64,000 nt of DNA from Macrostomum lignano (taxonomy: Eukaryota). The position numbers and the translations under genes are program-made. The notes under the pieces were generated by a model. The model was not told where the DNA came from and did not search any database. It worked only from the letters and a program-made list of their open reading frames with translations. Of this stretch, positions 46,701 through 59,092 are shown piece after piece; positions within the stretch are counted from its first letter, which is position 1, and each line of letters begins with the position of its first letter. Where the stretch lies: positions 733,114-797,113 of the forward strand of contig NIVC01000181.1 in NCBI GenBank assembly GCA_002269645.1. The letters run 5' to 3'.

Positions 46701-48189
46701 TTGCTGGCCTCCGTGACGATTAAGTCCAGTGTGACAAAGTTGGTGTCGGTTTCTAGGGAGGCAGTGAATTCTCCTAGACAGGAAATGCTGGATCCGTCGT
46801 ACTGCCTGAGTGTTCGCCTGCACTTCCTGAGAGAAGGGCGGCCGAGCTTGACCCACAGATTTTGCGGAAGTAGACTCACCTCGGCGCCCGTGTCAATCTG
46901 CATGGGCAGGGTCCGACCATTGATTTTCGCCTCGTGAAAGACTCCGTTGTTACGCCCGGGAACGACCACAAAAATGTCCGCTGCCCCTTGGTCCTGATTC
47001 TCATGATTGCCTGTCGATTCTCCTTGGCTCAAGTGCACTTCTCTGGATCTGCAGACCGCAGCAACATGATTCTTTCGTTTAAACTTGGTGCACCTCTGAC
47101 CAAAGCCGGGCAACTGCCTTTGGGGTGAGTTGTACCGCAGTAATAGCACCTGCCTTTACCAGCTGCTCCTGGGGACTTGGCTGCTGCACCAGTCGTTCTT
47201 GGTTGCCCTGCAAAAGCGATCTCTAGGGGGACGGGCGCGCCTGATGAAGCGCTGTTGGTCGTGCCTTTGTTGTATTGTTGAATTTGCTCGAGCTGCTGCA
47301 GGTTTTGCAGAATATCGTCAAGAAGTTTTTCTTCGCCTTGAAGCTGCTCCAAAATTCTCTTTTTGTGTTCGGGAGAGGCAAGGCCGTCGATCAGTCTCAT
47401 TGCGATGAGGACGTTTTCCTTGGACTGCTTGGCCCCAAGTTCCTCGAATTCGCAGAGCGCCGCCGCTGCTCGAAGCCGACGGTAGTAAGTGCTGATCGAT
47501 TCACCTGGCTTTTGTTTGAGGCTTAGAAATCTGGTGCGCTCAGCGATGACCAGCCTCTTCTTAGGCCGGATTGTTGCTGTTACTAGTGTCTCGATTTCGC
47601 TAAATTTGAGTGCCTCCAGCTTTTTTGGTGCAGCCATCAGAGAGAGCGTCCGGATCGCCTGTAGTCCAACCTTGGACAGGAACAAGTCAGTTTTATCCCG
47701 CGCTTTGTCCGTGTCCGTAAGTTGTCCTTATGTCCGTATGCGGGCCGTGGCGGAGAGCTGCTGCATCCAAGCCTCAGCGAGTTCAGGATCGTTGAGGTTG
47801 AGTTCTTGACTCCTAATTTCGCCTGCTTGCGACGCCATTGCGTGACGCGAAAGTCAGGAATCGAATGTTGTTTAAGCGAGTATAAATTCTTGCGATATAT
47901 TTGCAGTAGTAGAGTAGTCTAAGTTGCTTGACGAAACACTTGAATATTGTGAATATTGAACTGGTGCATTACATGGCTGAGTAAGTGGAGAGACTTAAGG
48001 CGAGGCAAGGCTAGCGCAATGATGTACACTGAATTGCGCAGAGTACGCATTGGTTTACAGAGTACATAGAAGTTTGGAATTGAATGAAGTTAAGAGACTA
48101 AGTTAGCAGAATAAAGTCTAATTGAATAAAGCTAAGCAACAAACCGAACACAGTTACCCATGCTAACAAACCAACGAACCGTCACTTCA
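43718..48189 (-). mobile_element. Decayed Ty3/gypsy (Mag-like) LTR retrotransposon B, copy 1
   Basis: LTRs 43718-43966 (249 bp) and 47839-48189 (351 bp); TSD ATCTT/GTCTT (one mismatch); PBS TGGCGTCGCAAGCAGG; PPT AAGGGGGGAGA. Gag with two CCHC-like motifs, DTGAEVS, YQDD, TDAS and integrase; several frameshifts. Confidence 0.93.
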
Positions 48190-48418
48190 GTCTTGTTTGT
48201 GCGCGTTTCAGTTATCAATCCCGGTAGAGCGACGGACTTTTAGTTGGAACTTCTACAGAAACTTTGAAAGCAGAAAACTTCCAAGGCGTTTTGATTTAGA
48301 CAATTCCGTCTGGATAAGCAGCGGCTTCTTAGCTAACTGCAGGGCACGGGGGAAGAGAGGAGAGAAAGGAAATGACCAAGAATAATAATTACAACAGATT
48401 AGATCTGCAAAGACTTAC

Positions 48419-48459
48419 CTCAAAAGCGTGCAGGGGGCTCAAGGTACCGTATTGTTTAT
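48419..48459 (-). other. Candidate 41-nt upstream exon (no ATG) of channel copy 1
   Basis: gttaattctcacgcag|ATAAAC...TTTGAG|gtaagt: good acceptor and donor, conserved in unit 2. Confidence 0.5.
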
Positions 48460-49933
48460 CTGCGTGAGAATTAACTCGAATTTCAAATACAAATATCAAT
48501 TAGGGAGTCTGCGCTTTGCGTTTCAAAAATAGATTTAAGCAATTGTTTTTTATCTATCGCGCGATGAGGTTCATAATAATCTGAGTGGGAGAATTAGTCT
48601 ATGTGATTGTTATAACGCAGCTCTCGATTAGCCAGGTTTCTAAGTTGAGACATATATTTAGACAAACCATAGAAATAACTCATCTGCGGAATCATCACAT
48701 GCAAATTTGCATGGATTCATATGGATTATCAAACAGGCCAGCTGTACCTGCTGTATATGTAATCAGATAGGGGTAGTAGACAATAGTATTAATAGATAGC
48801 ATACATGTATAGTATAATATGGATTTTGCTGCATGGTCGTCAATAGTATGGCTTTTTTAAATTATTTCAATTAACTCGTGCATCGACAAAACACTGACAT
48901 GTTTAACTCTTCTTACGAGTGCAGCTGCCTTAAGTTTTTGTTGTGTCGTGACAAGGGGCCTAAAAAGGGCCGTTTTACTAATGAACATGCTTAAGCAATC
49001 GCAAAGTTTTTTACTTATCTAAAATTAAACAGAAAGTGCTATGCAAACAAAAATTATTTTTTACGTCGCGAAAATTATTTATCGTAAATTATTTATGAGG
49101 TACCTGTATATAATTTTAATAATTGTCGAGTACTTAATTTGCTAGTTTATTTAACTTTTTTAAGCTACAGTTTTAAGTGCAAAATATTATAAAAGGAACT
49201 AATGATTACCCACATATTACAGTGCTATATTCCAATGAGAGTATAGGCACCCACCCCACTGTCTGTTAGGCCAGCCGGCTTTGGCTGGCTGCGACTCCAG
49301 TGCGCCTCCTCGCTCGCCCTGCGATTGGCTGGTGGTCCAGCCAATCGGTTTGTATTCTTTCCCCCCTCCAATCGCGACCCCGACTTTGTAAATTTATAAG
49401 AGGATCGTAATTTTGGCTAGCTGGGCCTAGGGTAGCGATACCCCAGGGCTCAATCAGCTAGCGTAAATATAAATGTGTGCAGGAGCGGCGGTAGGGGAGG
49501 CATCTTTTTGGTTAAATTGTGCAAGACACAGCCATAAATTCTAGTACTGCAATCAGACCCGAAGTTATACGCGGTTACTCAGAAGTTACCCAGCCAGAAC
49601 TGAAGAGCGAAAATTGAGAGAAGCCTCCCCTGCTTCCGCCACCGCTGTTACCCGAAGAAACAGAGTCGCGTTGACTTTCTTTTTTGAGGGACTGGTGGGA
49701 ACTAATCCGTGCAATAGGGACGGGCTGATCAAGTCTCCTGACGCGATCCCCCGCGCAGAGTCCGAAGTCAATCCGGCCAGTTGACTGACGCCATCTTCGG
49801 CTCGTTCACTGTTATAATCAGAGTCGCGATCCGGCCTGTAGCACAACACATTATAGAATTTTCATTATGGAGACCCCTCCCTTTCTGTCCACTTTAATAT
49901 ACTATACAAAATTATGCACAAAACTTTTTTAAA

Positions 49934-50276
<343 letters not shown>

Positions 50277-51644
50277 CAGTCTAAAATATGTCTAAAATAG
50301 CTACAATTTTGCGGATGCGATAAACGGTACTTGTTTAAAGGTGCAAAAAATCTGTCTAATCAGTGACGCAAATATTATGCAAGCAAATATCTGATTTACA
50401 AGCAGACATTGCCTGACGATTAGAAAGTCAGTGCCGCTGTACACCCTGTGTGAGCGTGTGTACGAGTGTGGGCCTGCGTACAGTATTGGCGCGCTTGCGT
50501 GTGCTTGGGAGTCAACAAAAATGGATAGAATTGCCTCAGCTCTGTGATTTGTGGGATGATGATGTCGCCGAAGGCCTTGCGCCAGGGTGTATTGAAGGAA
50601 ATACATTCAGAAACACAAATATATTTAATTTATTAACTATTTCAATGACAAAAATACTCTTAGTTAATAGTTGGACCAGGTCAGCTTTGTCGGTAAGAGC
50701 AGTGAGACTCGGCACTTCAGCCCTGCTGCTTGCCAACCCACCGTGGCACTAACGCGCAGGCGGTAGGCCGGCAACCAAGTAGGGTCGCATCGAACGCGCA
50801 GGCCCTGGTGACAATGCCCTGACTATAAACCCAAAAGGATAGAAGCAGGACGACACATACGGTTGTTGGCATTTTTGGTCGCTCTAGGCGACTTCACACA
50901 TTCACGAATTACGTTGTATATTTGACTTGGGATGTGGAAGAAGCGCAGGGACGGCTGTAGCGGCTTGATGGCGGTGCGAGCGCAAATCATTAACACAAAA
51001 TTGGGGTGGGGCTTAAGCTGTAGGGTAAGAGAAACGGCGGGTGGGGCTGAGGTAGAGAGAGAATTGACTGCAGCCACGCTAAGCACAATGGGGTGCAGCC
51101 AATGCAGTGACCACGGGGAGCAAGTAATTTAAATAAGGGGAGAGGATATAGCAGGGCAGGGGGTGGGGCAATTAAACCAACTCAAGGGAACAGGTCCAGT
51201 GCAGCGGTACCAAAATGCAGTAAGGTACTTTATGCTCAAGAAGATACAGCTAACAATAAGTTACGAGTAGGGAGGAGATTGGGAGGGACACACAGACACA
51301 CAGACTGGAGAAGATAAGACAAAACATTGGGCCAGGACTAGGAGCTCCAAAGTAGATACAAAAGCGACAATGGAAGGTAATAAAGTACAGTACCGTCAAA
51401 TGCATCATTAGATCACAACATTGAAAAGCAAAGAGGAACTGAATTTGCATTTAAACGGAAAAATGCCGTTATGCAGGATTGAATTAAAATAATTCTCGAA
51501 ACGGCAAATTTTAGGTTCCCTGGCGGTGCGAAGTGCCGGTGTCCTTCTGCAGCGAACCTTTCGCCGAGGCGTAGTTTAAAAGTCGGATCTGCAGTGGTAC
51601 AGTGAGTGGCGTGTTTATTCCATGATGACCGTTGCTGCATGACG

Positions 51645-51673
51645 TCAGCTTGATCGGCTCAGTACGAGCTACA

Positions 51674-51710
<37 letters not shown>

Positions 51711-51769
51711 TAGTGTGTGTCTGTCTGTCTGTGTGTGTGTGTGTCTGTCTGTCTGTCTGTCTGTCTTAG

Positions 51770-51814
<45 letters not shown>

Positions 51815-54245
51815 TTCTTATTCCCATTCTCTCCTAAGCTCCATAGACTCACCTCATGCTGCCTGTCCTTATCGTTAATTGCCCATCTGCGTCGGCAAGC
51901 CTACAGAAATGTTAGAAATATTAGTAAACCAGTTTGAATAAGTCTCTCAAGATCAAATTATTTCGTGTTTGAGAGGGTGGAAAACTTCCGGGTTATCAAG
52001 CCGCCTCACTCACCCCGCACAGAACCGTAATCCCCAAAACCATTACGCCAAGAAAGTAGACCGCAGTGAATGCCACTATGGCGAATTTCTCAATTTTACG
52101 CGAATCGTATTGACCGGTAGTGGAATGCCAAACAATCAGCAGCACGAGGAACAGGAGATTGTAAAGTATTGCCTTGTCCTGAAAATGATGTTTTTTTTTT
52201 AAAAAGGAGAGGCCTTTACTCATACCCAACAAAATACTAAATTGGGTATTCGAGGTATAGCGTGTATGCAAGCTAGTGTACTTTTAGCCGGGAGAAGCAA
52301 CTCGTCAAAACAGGTCAACCGGCAGCATTAAAAATCCAGCTGGGAACATCGATAGAACGAAAAAACATCTGGAGATCATGTAACATCGAGGGAGCTACAC
52401 AAATCTTCTCGACTTACCAATAAAGTGAGGTATGCGATCCTTGGAATGCTATTATTAACCACAAACTTGTATGTAATGGTGGTTAACAGCAGGGTGAAAG
52501 AGAGCTTCAAGCGACTTGACAATTTTTTTTGATCCAAGCAAAACGCGCACATGGCCAGTGCGCACAGAATGAACGACACGAGCCAGATGTTCACCATGTA
52601 GAACACTGACTTTCTAGTCGCTCTGGTTGTAAAGCGCAGCGCCGATCTCTTTCTTGGCCCAATATGGCTGTCCGAATGGATCAACGCCTTGGTCGCGTCC
52701 ACGTGTGTGTGCAGATGCCACTCCTGGGCGTCCATAAATGTGTTGGTGAGTACGCGACAAGGACGTTCGGACATTTCATGCAGATCGATTGCTGAGTTTG
52801 GCAGATTGGAGCACACTGTTACCGTTAGATCCTGCAGGTTGTTTTGGGGCATAGAGCTGTTTGATGACGGAGCTCAGTACGTTTAATTCTATCAAATTCT
52901 GTCGTACAGAAGATTTCTATCAAAATTTCTATCAAAAGGAATATACTTCGTTATCCATTGAACTCATTGTATAACGTTGGGAGTAGCAAGGTGTCCAGCA
53001 AGCCATTCCATAATCTTAACGAACCTGCGTGTCGAAAGGAAAGTGCGACAGTTCCATTTGCTCGTGGAATTTGCCTCGAACGCTGTGCTTCTCTTGTACG
53101 AAAGTGTCTCCAGATTCTACTCGAATCACTTCGACTTCTTTTTGGTGCTTGAGGTCGCCAATGCAGTTGTCCACGTACAGATCTGGGTGCCAGAGACTCG
53201 AAGTGTCAACCGTGGTGACTGCTTTGTCGAGAGCCGGCTCTCGCCACCGCACCTCCAAATATACGGAAGCCTCGAAGCACTCGTGGACCGTGTCGATGTC
53301 ACCAATCTTTGTGAATACAATTCGAACCTCCACTAGTCGCTGTTTTTTGGGCGAGAAGGAAAATTGCATCGCTCTTTTTTTAGTTAATTTTTAATCAGTG
53401 AGGAGTGTACTTATACAAGAATAATCCGATAATTTTAAGGACGCATTACGGACTTGACAGATGCATTCATAGTATTGAATCAACACATACGAGCGTAGTT
53501 GTAGGTTCTTTGATCCCGCCATTAAAAGAGGCCATTTTAGCGGGATCACACAAAATTTAAATCAGTTTTCGTCGCTTTGACACATCTCTGACAGATAGGC
53601 ACCAAATAGATTACCTTTTCCCCAGCCTGCTGACCCACTACCGAAGGCGGCGATGCGTCATTGACACATCTCTGACAGCTAGGCACTGTAAAGGCTCAAT
53701 TAATTGCGAATGGAGAAAAAGGTTAGGCGTCCACTTAGCCTTGCGTGCTATTATATATTGTGATCGATCGATATGCAATACGATGTACATAATGCTAGAA
53801 GGCCCAAAGCTCAAGCCGATTGGCTGCAGAGGAGAGAAGAACTGAATGGTGTGGGGGTTTGAATATTGCAAGGGCCAAAGGGTTAAGTTGGCTGGCGAGA
53901 GAGAGAGTACATTGAACAGCGGGGCTGACAAGGGCGCGCAGCGCACGGGGACGGCTCACAGGCACCAAATAGATTACCTTTTCCTCAGCCTGCTGACCCA
54001 CTACCGAAGGCGGCGATGCGTCATTGACACATCTCTGCACAGATAGGCACCAAATAGATTACCTTTTCCCCAGCCTGCTGACCCGCTACCGAAGGCGGCG
54101 ATGCGTCCACCAAGTCGAAGTCCAGGTCCGCATTCGGCGTCAACATCTCGATGGCCACATTTTGCCGGGTCTGAACGGCCGGCTTGTTAGCCAACTGACC
54201 GCTGCTGCTAGAGTTGGCCGGCATCGCTGCGCTATAATTGCCCAT
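51645..54245 (-). CDS. Cys-less pentameric ligand-gated ion channel, copy 2; exons 54245-54063, 53339-53025, 52831-52418, 52178-52014, 51900-51853, 51668-51645
   Basis: Same exon lengths and splice sites as copy 1; M2 region reads [21 protein letters not shown]. Confidence 0.85.
51674..51812. repeat. (TCTG)n microsatellite in the last intron of channel copy 2
   Basis: Directly visible. Confidence 0.9.
53687..53960 (-). mobile_element. Solo LTR of element A
   Basis: 274 bp, TG...CA, flanked by GGCAC on both sides (53682-53686, 53961-53965) at the position equivalent to element A in unit 1. Confidence 0.95.
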
Positions 54246-54596
54246 GATTGTTTTATGAGTCGATTTCTATCGCTCTATCGAAGTAAAAAGGGAGAGAAGA
54301 CTGAGAGGTAGCCAGAGATTATTAAGAATGTCGAGAAGATCTACAGTTGATATGGAGTTTTCACTCCAATAGGTAAGCCCGGGCCGCGTCGCCAATATTA
54401 TTATAAGGATTTCTAGAGAAGCTGGCCTCGCCTCTGCTCACTTTTCCAGGGGCAGGCACAGGCGGTTTCAACTGGCTCGATGAACCAAGGAGAACTTTGA
54501 ACAAAAGTGTGGACGAGACGCAGTTAACGTTCTGTTCGCTTTGCAGTAGATATAGGCGAGTTTCTTATAACTTCTGCATCAGCTAACCTTCATCTT

Positions 54597-57500
54597 TGAC
54601 GTGACGCGAAAGTCAGGAATCGAATGTTGTTTAAGCGAGTATAAATTCTTGCGATATATTTGCAGTAGTAGAACAGTCTAAGTTGCATTGGTTGCATTGC
54701 ATTGGTTGCATTGGTTTACAGAGTACATAGAAGTTTGGAATTGAATGAAGTGAGTAAGTTAGCTGAATAAAGTCTAATTGAATAAAGCTAAGCAACAAAC
54801 CGAACACAGTTACCCATGCTAACTAACCAACGAACCGTCACTTCATCTCCCCCCTTGGAATCGAGCTGGCGGCAGGCCCCTTGTAGAACGAATCGGATAG
54901 CGAGGCAGCTTCACCGGCGAGGGGCCGGCGGCAGGCTGCGGCCGATGCAACTCGGTGGCCTCCCCGCCCTGCAGTCCGGTAATTTCGCCGTCCTCAGCGG
55001 CCGCAGTAGCGGCATCGCTGCCACTGCTGCGCACGTCACCTTGGCAGTTGGTTTGCGGCTTTGGCAGCATCGTACACTCGTCCGTGGCGCGGAAGGTTGC
55101 CGGATCATCGGCTCCGGCCTCGATGCGTTCACTCAGCTGGTCTGCATGCGCCAGGACGGTGCGACCGCCTTGGCGGGCGATGATGGCCGTGTTCGTCCCT
55201 TTCTGACATAGAAACTCGGCCGGTTCGCGCTTGAGCCCTGCGCCCGGTGCGTACCAGATGTTGGCTCTAATTGGCGTCTTCATCGTGGCAGCTGCCGTCC
55301 CATGAGCTGTGCTGGACTCTGGGCCCGACCAGCGTGCGGAATGCACCTGTAATTGAGTAGGAGTCTGAACAGGAACGAGTCATACAGCTCCGACGCTTGG
55401 TCCCAGGCCGCCGACGCCCTCTTGATCGAGCCGACCATCCGTTCCGCGAGTCCGTTCGATTGCGGATGCCTTGGAGGAGTTTTGAGGGCTCGACAGCCGG
55501 TTCGCTCAAGCCAGGACAGCAGTCCAGCGTCGTAGTACTCAGCGGCATTATCACTAACTAGGACGTGCGGGACACCGTTTCTAGCAAATACTGACTGAAG
55601 AGCGGCCTTAACAGTCGCAGCATCGCGGTTTGGTACTCTCAGGACCTCAGGCCATCCCGACATTGCATCGACTAGAATGAGCACCAGTCCAACTTTCGGG
55701 ATTGTGGCGTGGTCCATGTGCACGCGATGCCACGTCTCGTCTTCTTTCGGCCACTGATGTACCGTAACTGTGCCAGAGGGCCGAATTCGCGTGCAGGTGG
55801 GGCAGTTGGGCACGTGCTGCTCCACGTCCGTGCAATATCCTGGCCACCAGGCCGAGTTGCGGATGAGTGCGCGAGTTTCCATGGTTAACTGATGCGAGTC
55901 ATTGTGTACCTGATCCAAGACTGTCTGAGTGTCGCTAGAATCAGCGCTATGCTGTCTGAGTGTCGCAGGAATCAGCGGTCGATCGCCGTAGCAGAGAATG
56001 CCGTCGTCTATCACCAGCGCATAGCGAACTGACTTGTACGGCCTCTCAGCTGGGGAGCATCCTGACCATCTGCTTGATGCGACTCGCTAAGCAATATCTT
56101 GGAGTAGACGATCGCGCTGGGTCTCCGCTTGCAGCTCCTCCCATGGAATCACCGGGCTGCCAGCCCAATGAACCAGACATTCCAAGGCAGCAGGTTCTGA
56201 TTCAGATAGTTCACCGTCGCATTCAAGGCGAGAGAGAGCATCAGCATGTGGAATGTGCTCGCCTTTTGTGTAGATCGTGTCAAAATCGAAGGCCATTAGC
56301 TTGATCGCCCAGCGAAGTAGTCGAGCGTTCGCCACCTTTGGAAGTTGCCGCCGTGCTCCAAAGAGAAACTCTAGAGGCCGATGATCTGTCCGTTGAGTGA
56401 ATCGGGCACCGAGAAGGAACTGCTTGGCGCGTTCATTCGCCCAAACGATGGCGAGGGCCTCTCTTTCGATATTCGAATAGTGCGACTCCGTGGTGCTCAA
56501 CCGTCTGCTAAGGTATATAACCGGGTGGCCGTTTTGGGTGAGCACAGCGGCGATGGCCCTCTCACTGGCATCTGTGGTAAGAGTCGTCTCCTTAGTTTTG
56601 TCGTAGGGCTGTAGGACTGGCGCTGCTAAGAATGGCCTTGATTCGCTCGAAGGCCTGAGTCTGATCGGGTCCCCAACTGAACTTTTCGTTCTTGGCTCGT
56701 AGCCGGTTGAGTGGCTCGATGATCTGTGAGTAGTTGCGAATGAATCTACCAAAAAAGTTGGCAAGGCCAAGAAAAGATTCTAGTTGCTTCTTGTCTCCAG
56801 GAGTCTTGACGGCGCGGATCCGATCGACTAGATTTGGATCAGGAGAAATTCCTCTCTCGCTGACTCTGTATCCGAGAAATGAGACCTCCCTAGCATTGAG
56901 GGTTGATTTTTCCAAGTTGGTTGACATTCCTGCCTTCTTTAGGGTAGCTATGACAGTTTAGACCTTTGAGTCGATCTCTGAGTCAGATTTTCCGTCGAGA
57001 AGAATGTCATCCTGATAAACTATCTTGCCGGTGATATCGGCAAGGACTGATTCCATTGCCTTTTGAAAGATAGATGATGCTGATTTGAGGGCTGGAACGA
57101 GACGCTTATAGCGATAGAGGCCCAAAGTCGTGGCGATGGTGGTGATCTCTCTGCTGTCTTCGTCAAGCTCTATCTGTAAATAAGCATCTGAGAGGTCGAT
57201 TTCGGACAAGTGTGACATTCCAGAGGTCTCCGCGAAGATTGTCTCCATCTCAGACATCGGGTACGTATCGTTGCACACTTGATGATTAACTCCTGCTTTG
57301 AAGTCAGCACAGACGCGCACCTTTCCGTTAGGTTTCAGCACACTGACAATTGGTGAGGCCACTGGCTCCCTCCGGCTGGAACAGGTTCAATTATCTGCTC
57401 AGCCTCCATTCGCTTGAGTTCCTGGTTAACCCTGTCTCGCAGGTGAATGGGAACGGGCCTAGCTGCGCAGTAAAACGGTTTTGCTCCGTCAACAAGGCGA

Positions 57501-58823
57501 ATCTTGGCTTTGAAGTTTTTGAGACATCCTAGCTGGCCGACAGCGTTGATTGTAATAGCGTCCCCTTGCAGCCTTGCCCTTGCAGCTTCCCAGCAGTCCA
57601 TGTGGCTTGCTTGCCTCAGTGACGATTAAGTCCAGTGTGACAAAGTTGGTGTCGGTTTCTAGGGAGGCAGTGAATTCTCCTAGACAGGAAATGCTGGATC
57701 CGTCGTACTGCCTGAGTGTTCGCCTGCACTTCCTGAGAGAAGGGCGGCCGAGCTTGACCCACAGATTTTGCGGAAGTAGACTCACCTCGGCGCCCGTGTC
57801 AATCTGCATAGGCAGGGACTTGGCTGCTGCACCAGTTGTTCTTGGTTGCCCTGCAAAAGCGATCTCTAGGGGGACGGGCGCGCCTGATGAAGCGCTGTTG
57901 GTCGTGCCTTTGTTGTATTGTTGAATTTGCTCGAGCTGCTGCAGGTTTTGCAGAATATCGTCAAGAAGTTTTTCTTCGCCTTGAAGCTGCTCCAAAATTC
58001 TCTTTTTGTGTTCGGGAGAGGCAAGGCCGTCGATCAGTCTCATTGCGATGAGGACGTTTTCCTTGGACTGCTTGGCCCCAAGTTCCTCGAATTCGCAGAG
58101 CGCCGCCGCTGCTCGAAGCCGACGGTAGTAAGTGCTGATCGATTCACCTGGCTCTTGTTTGAGGCTTAGAAATCTGGTGCGCTCAGCGATGACCAGCCTC
58201 TTCTTAGGCCGGATTGTTGCTGTTACTAGTGTCTCGATTTCGCTAAATTTGAGTGCCTCCAGCTTTTTTGGTGCAGCCATCAGAGAGAGCGTCCGGATCG
58301 CCTGTAGTCCAACCTTGGACAGGAACAAGTCAGTTTTATCCCGCACTTTGTCCGTGTCCGTAAGTTTCTTAATGCGGGCCGTGGCGGAGAGCTGCTGCAT
58401 CCATGCCTCAGCGAGTTCAGGATCGTTGAGGTTGAGTTCTTGACTCCTAATTTCGCCTGCTTGCGACGCCATTGCGTGACGCGAAAGTCAGGAATCGAAT
58501 GTTGTTTAAGCGAGTATAAATTCTTGCGATATATTTGCAGTAGTAGAGTAGTCTAAGTTGCTTGACGAAACACTTGAATATTGTGAATATTGAACTGGTG
58601 CATTACATGGCTGAGTAAGTGGAGAGACTTAAGGCGAGGCAAGGCTAGCGCAATGATGTACACTGAATTGCGCAGAGTACGCATTGGTTTACAGAGTACA
58701 TAGAAGTTTGGAATTGAATGAAGTTAAGTGACTAAGTTAGCAGAATAAAGTCTAATTGAATAAAGCTAAGCAACAAACCGAACACAGTTACCCATGCTAA
58801 CAAACCAACGAAACGTCACTTCA
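54597..58823 (-). mobile_element. Decayed LTR retrotransposon B, copy 2
   Basis: LTRs 54597-54845 and 58473-58823; same flanks ATCTT/GTCTT; lacks the ~260-bp zinc-knuckle segment of copy 1 (junction near 57797) and has a small insertion near 55921. Confidence 0.93.
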
Positions 58824-59051
58824 GTCTTGTTTGTGCGCGTTTCAGTTATCAATCACGGTAGAGCGACGGACTTTTAGTTGGAACTTCTACAGAAAATTTG
58901 AAAGCAGAAAACTTCCAAGGCGTTTTGATTTAGACAATTCCGTTTTGATAAGCGGGGTTTCTTAGCTAACTGCAGGGCACGGGGGAAGAGAGGAGAGAAA
59001 AGAAATGACCAAGAATAATAATTACAACAGATTAGATCTGCAAAGACTTAC

Positions 59052-59092
59052 CTCAAAAGCGTGCAGGGGGCTCAAGGTACCGTATTGTTTAT
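59052..59092 (-). other. Candidate 41-nt upstream exon of channel copy 2
   Basis: Counterpart of 48419-48459 with the same splice signals. Confidence 0.5.
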
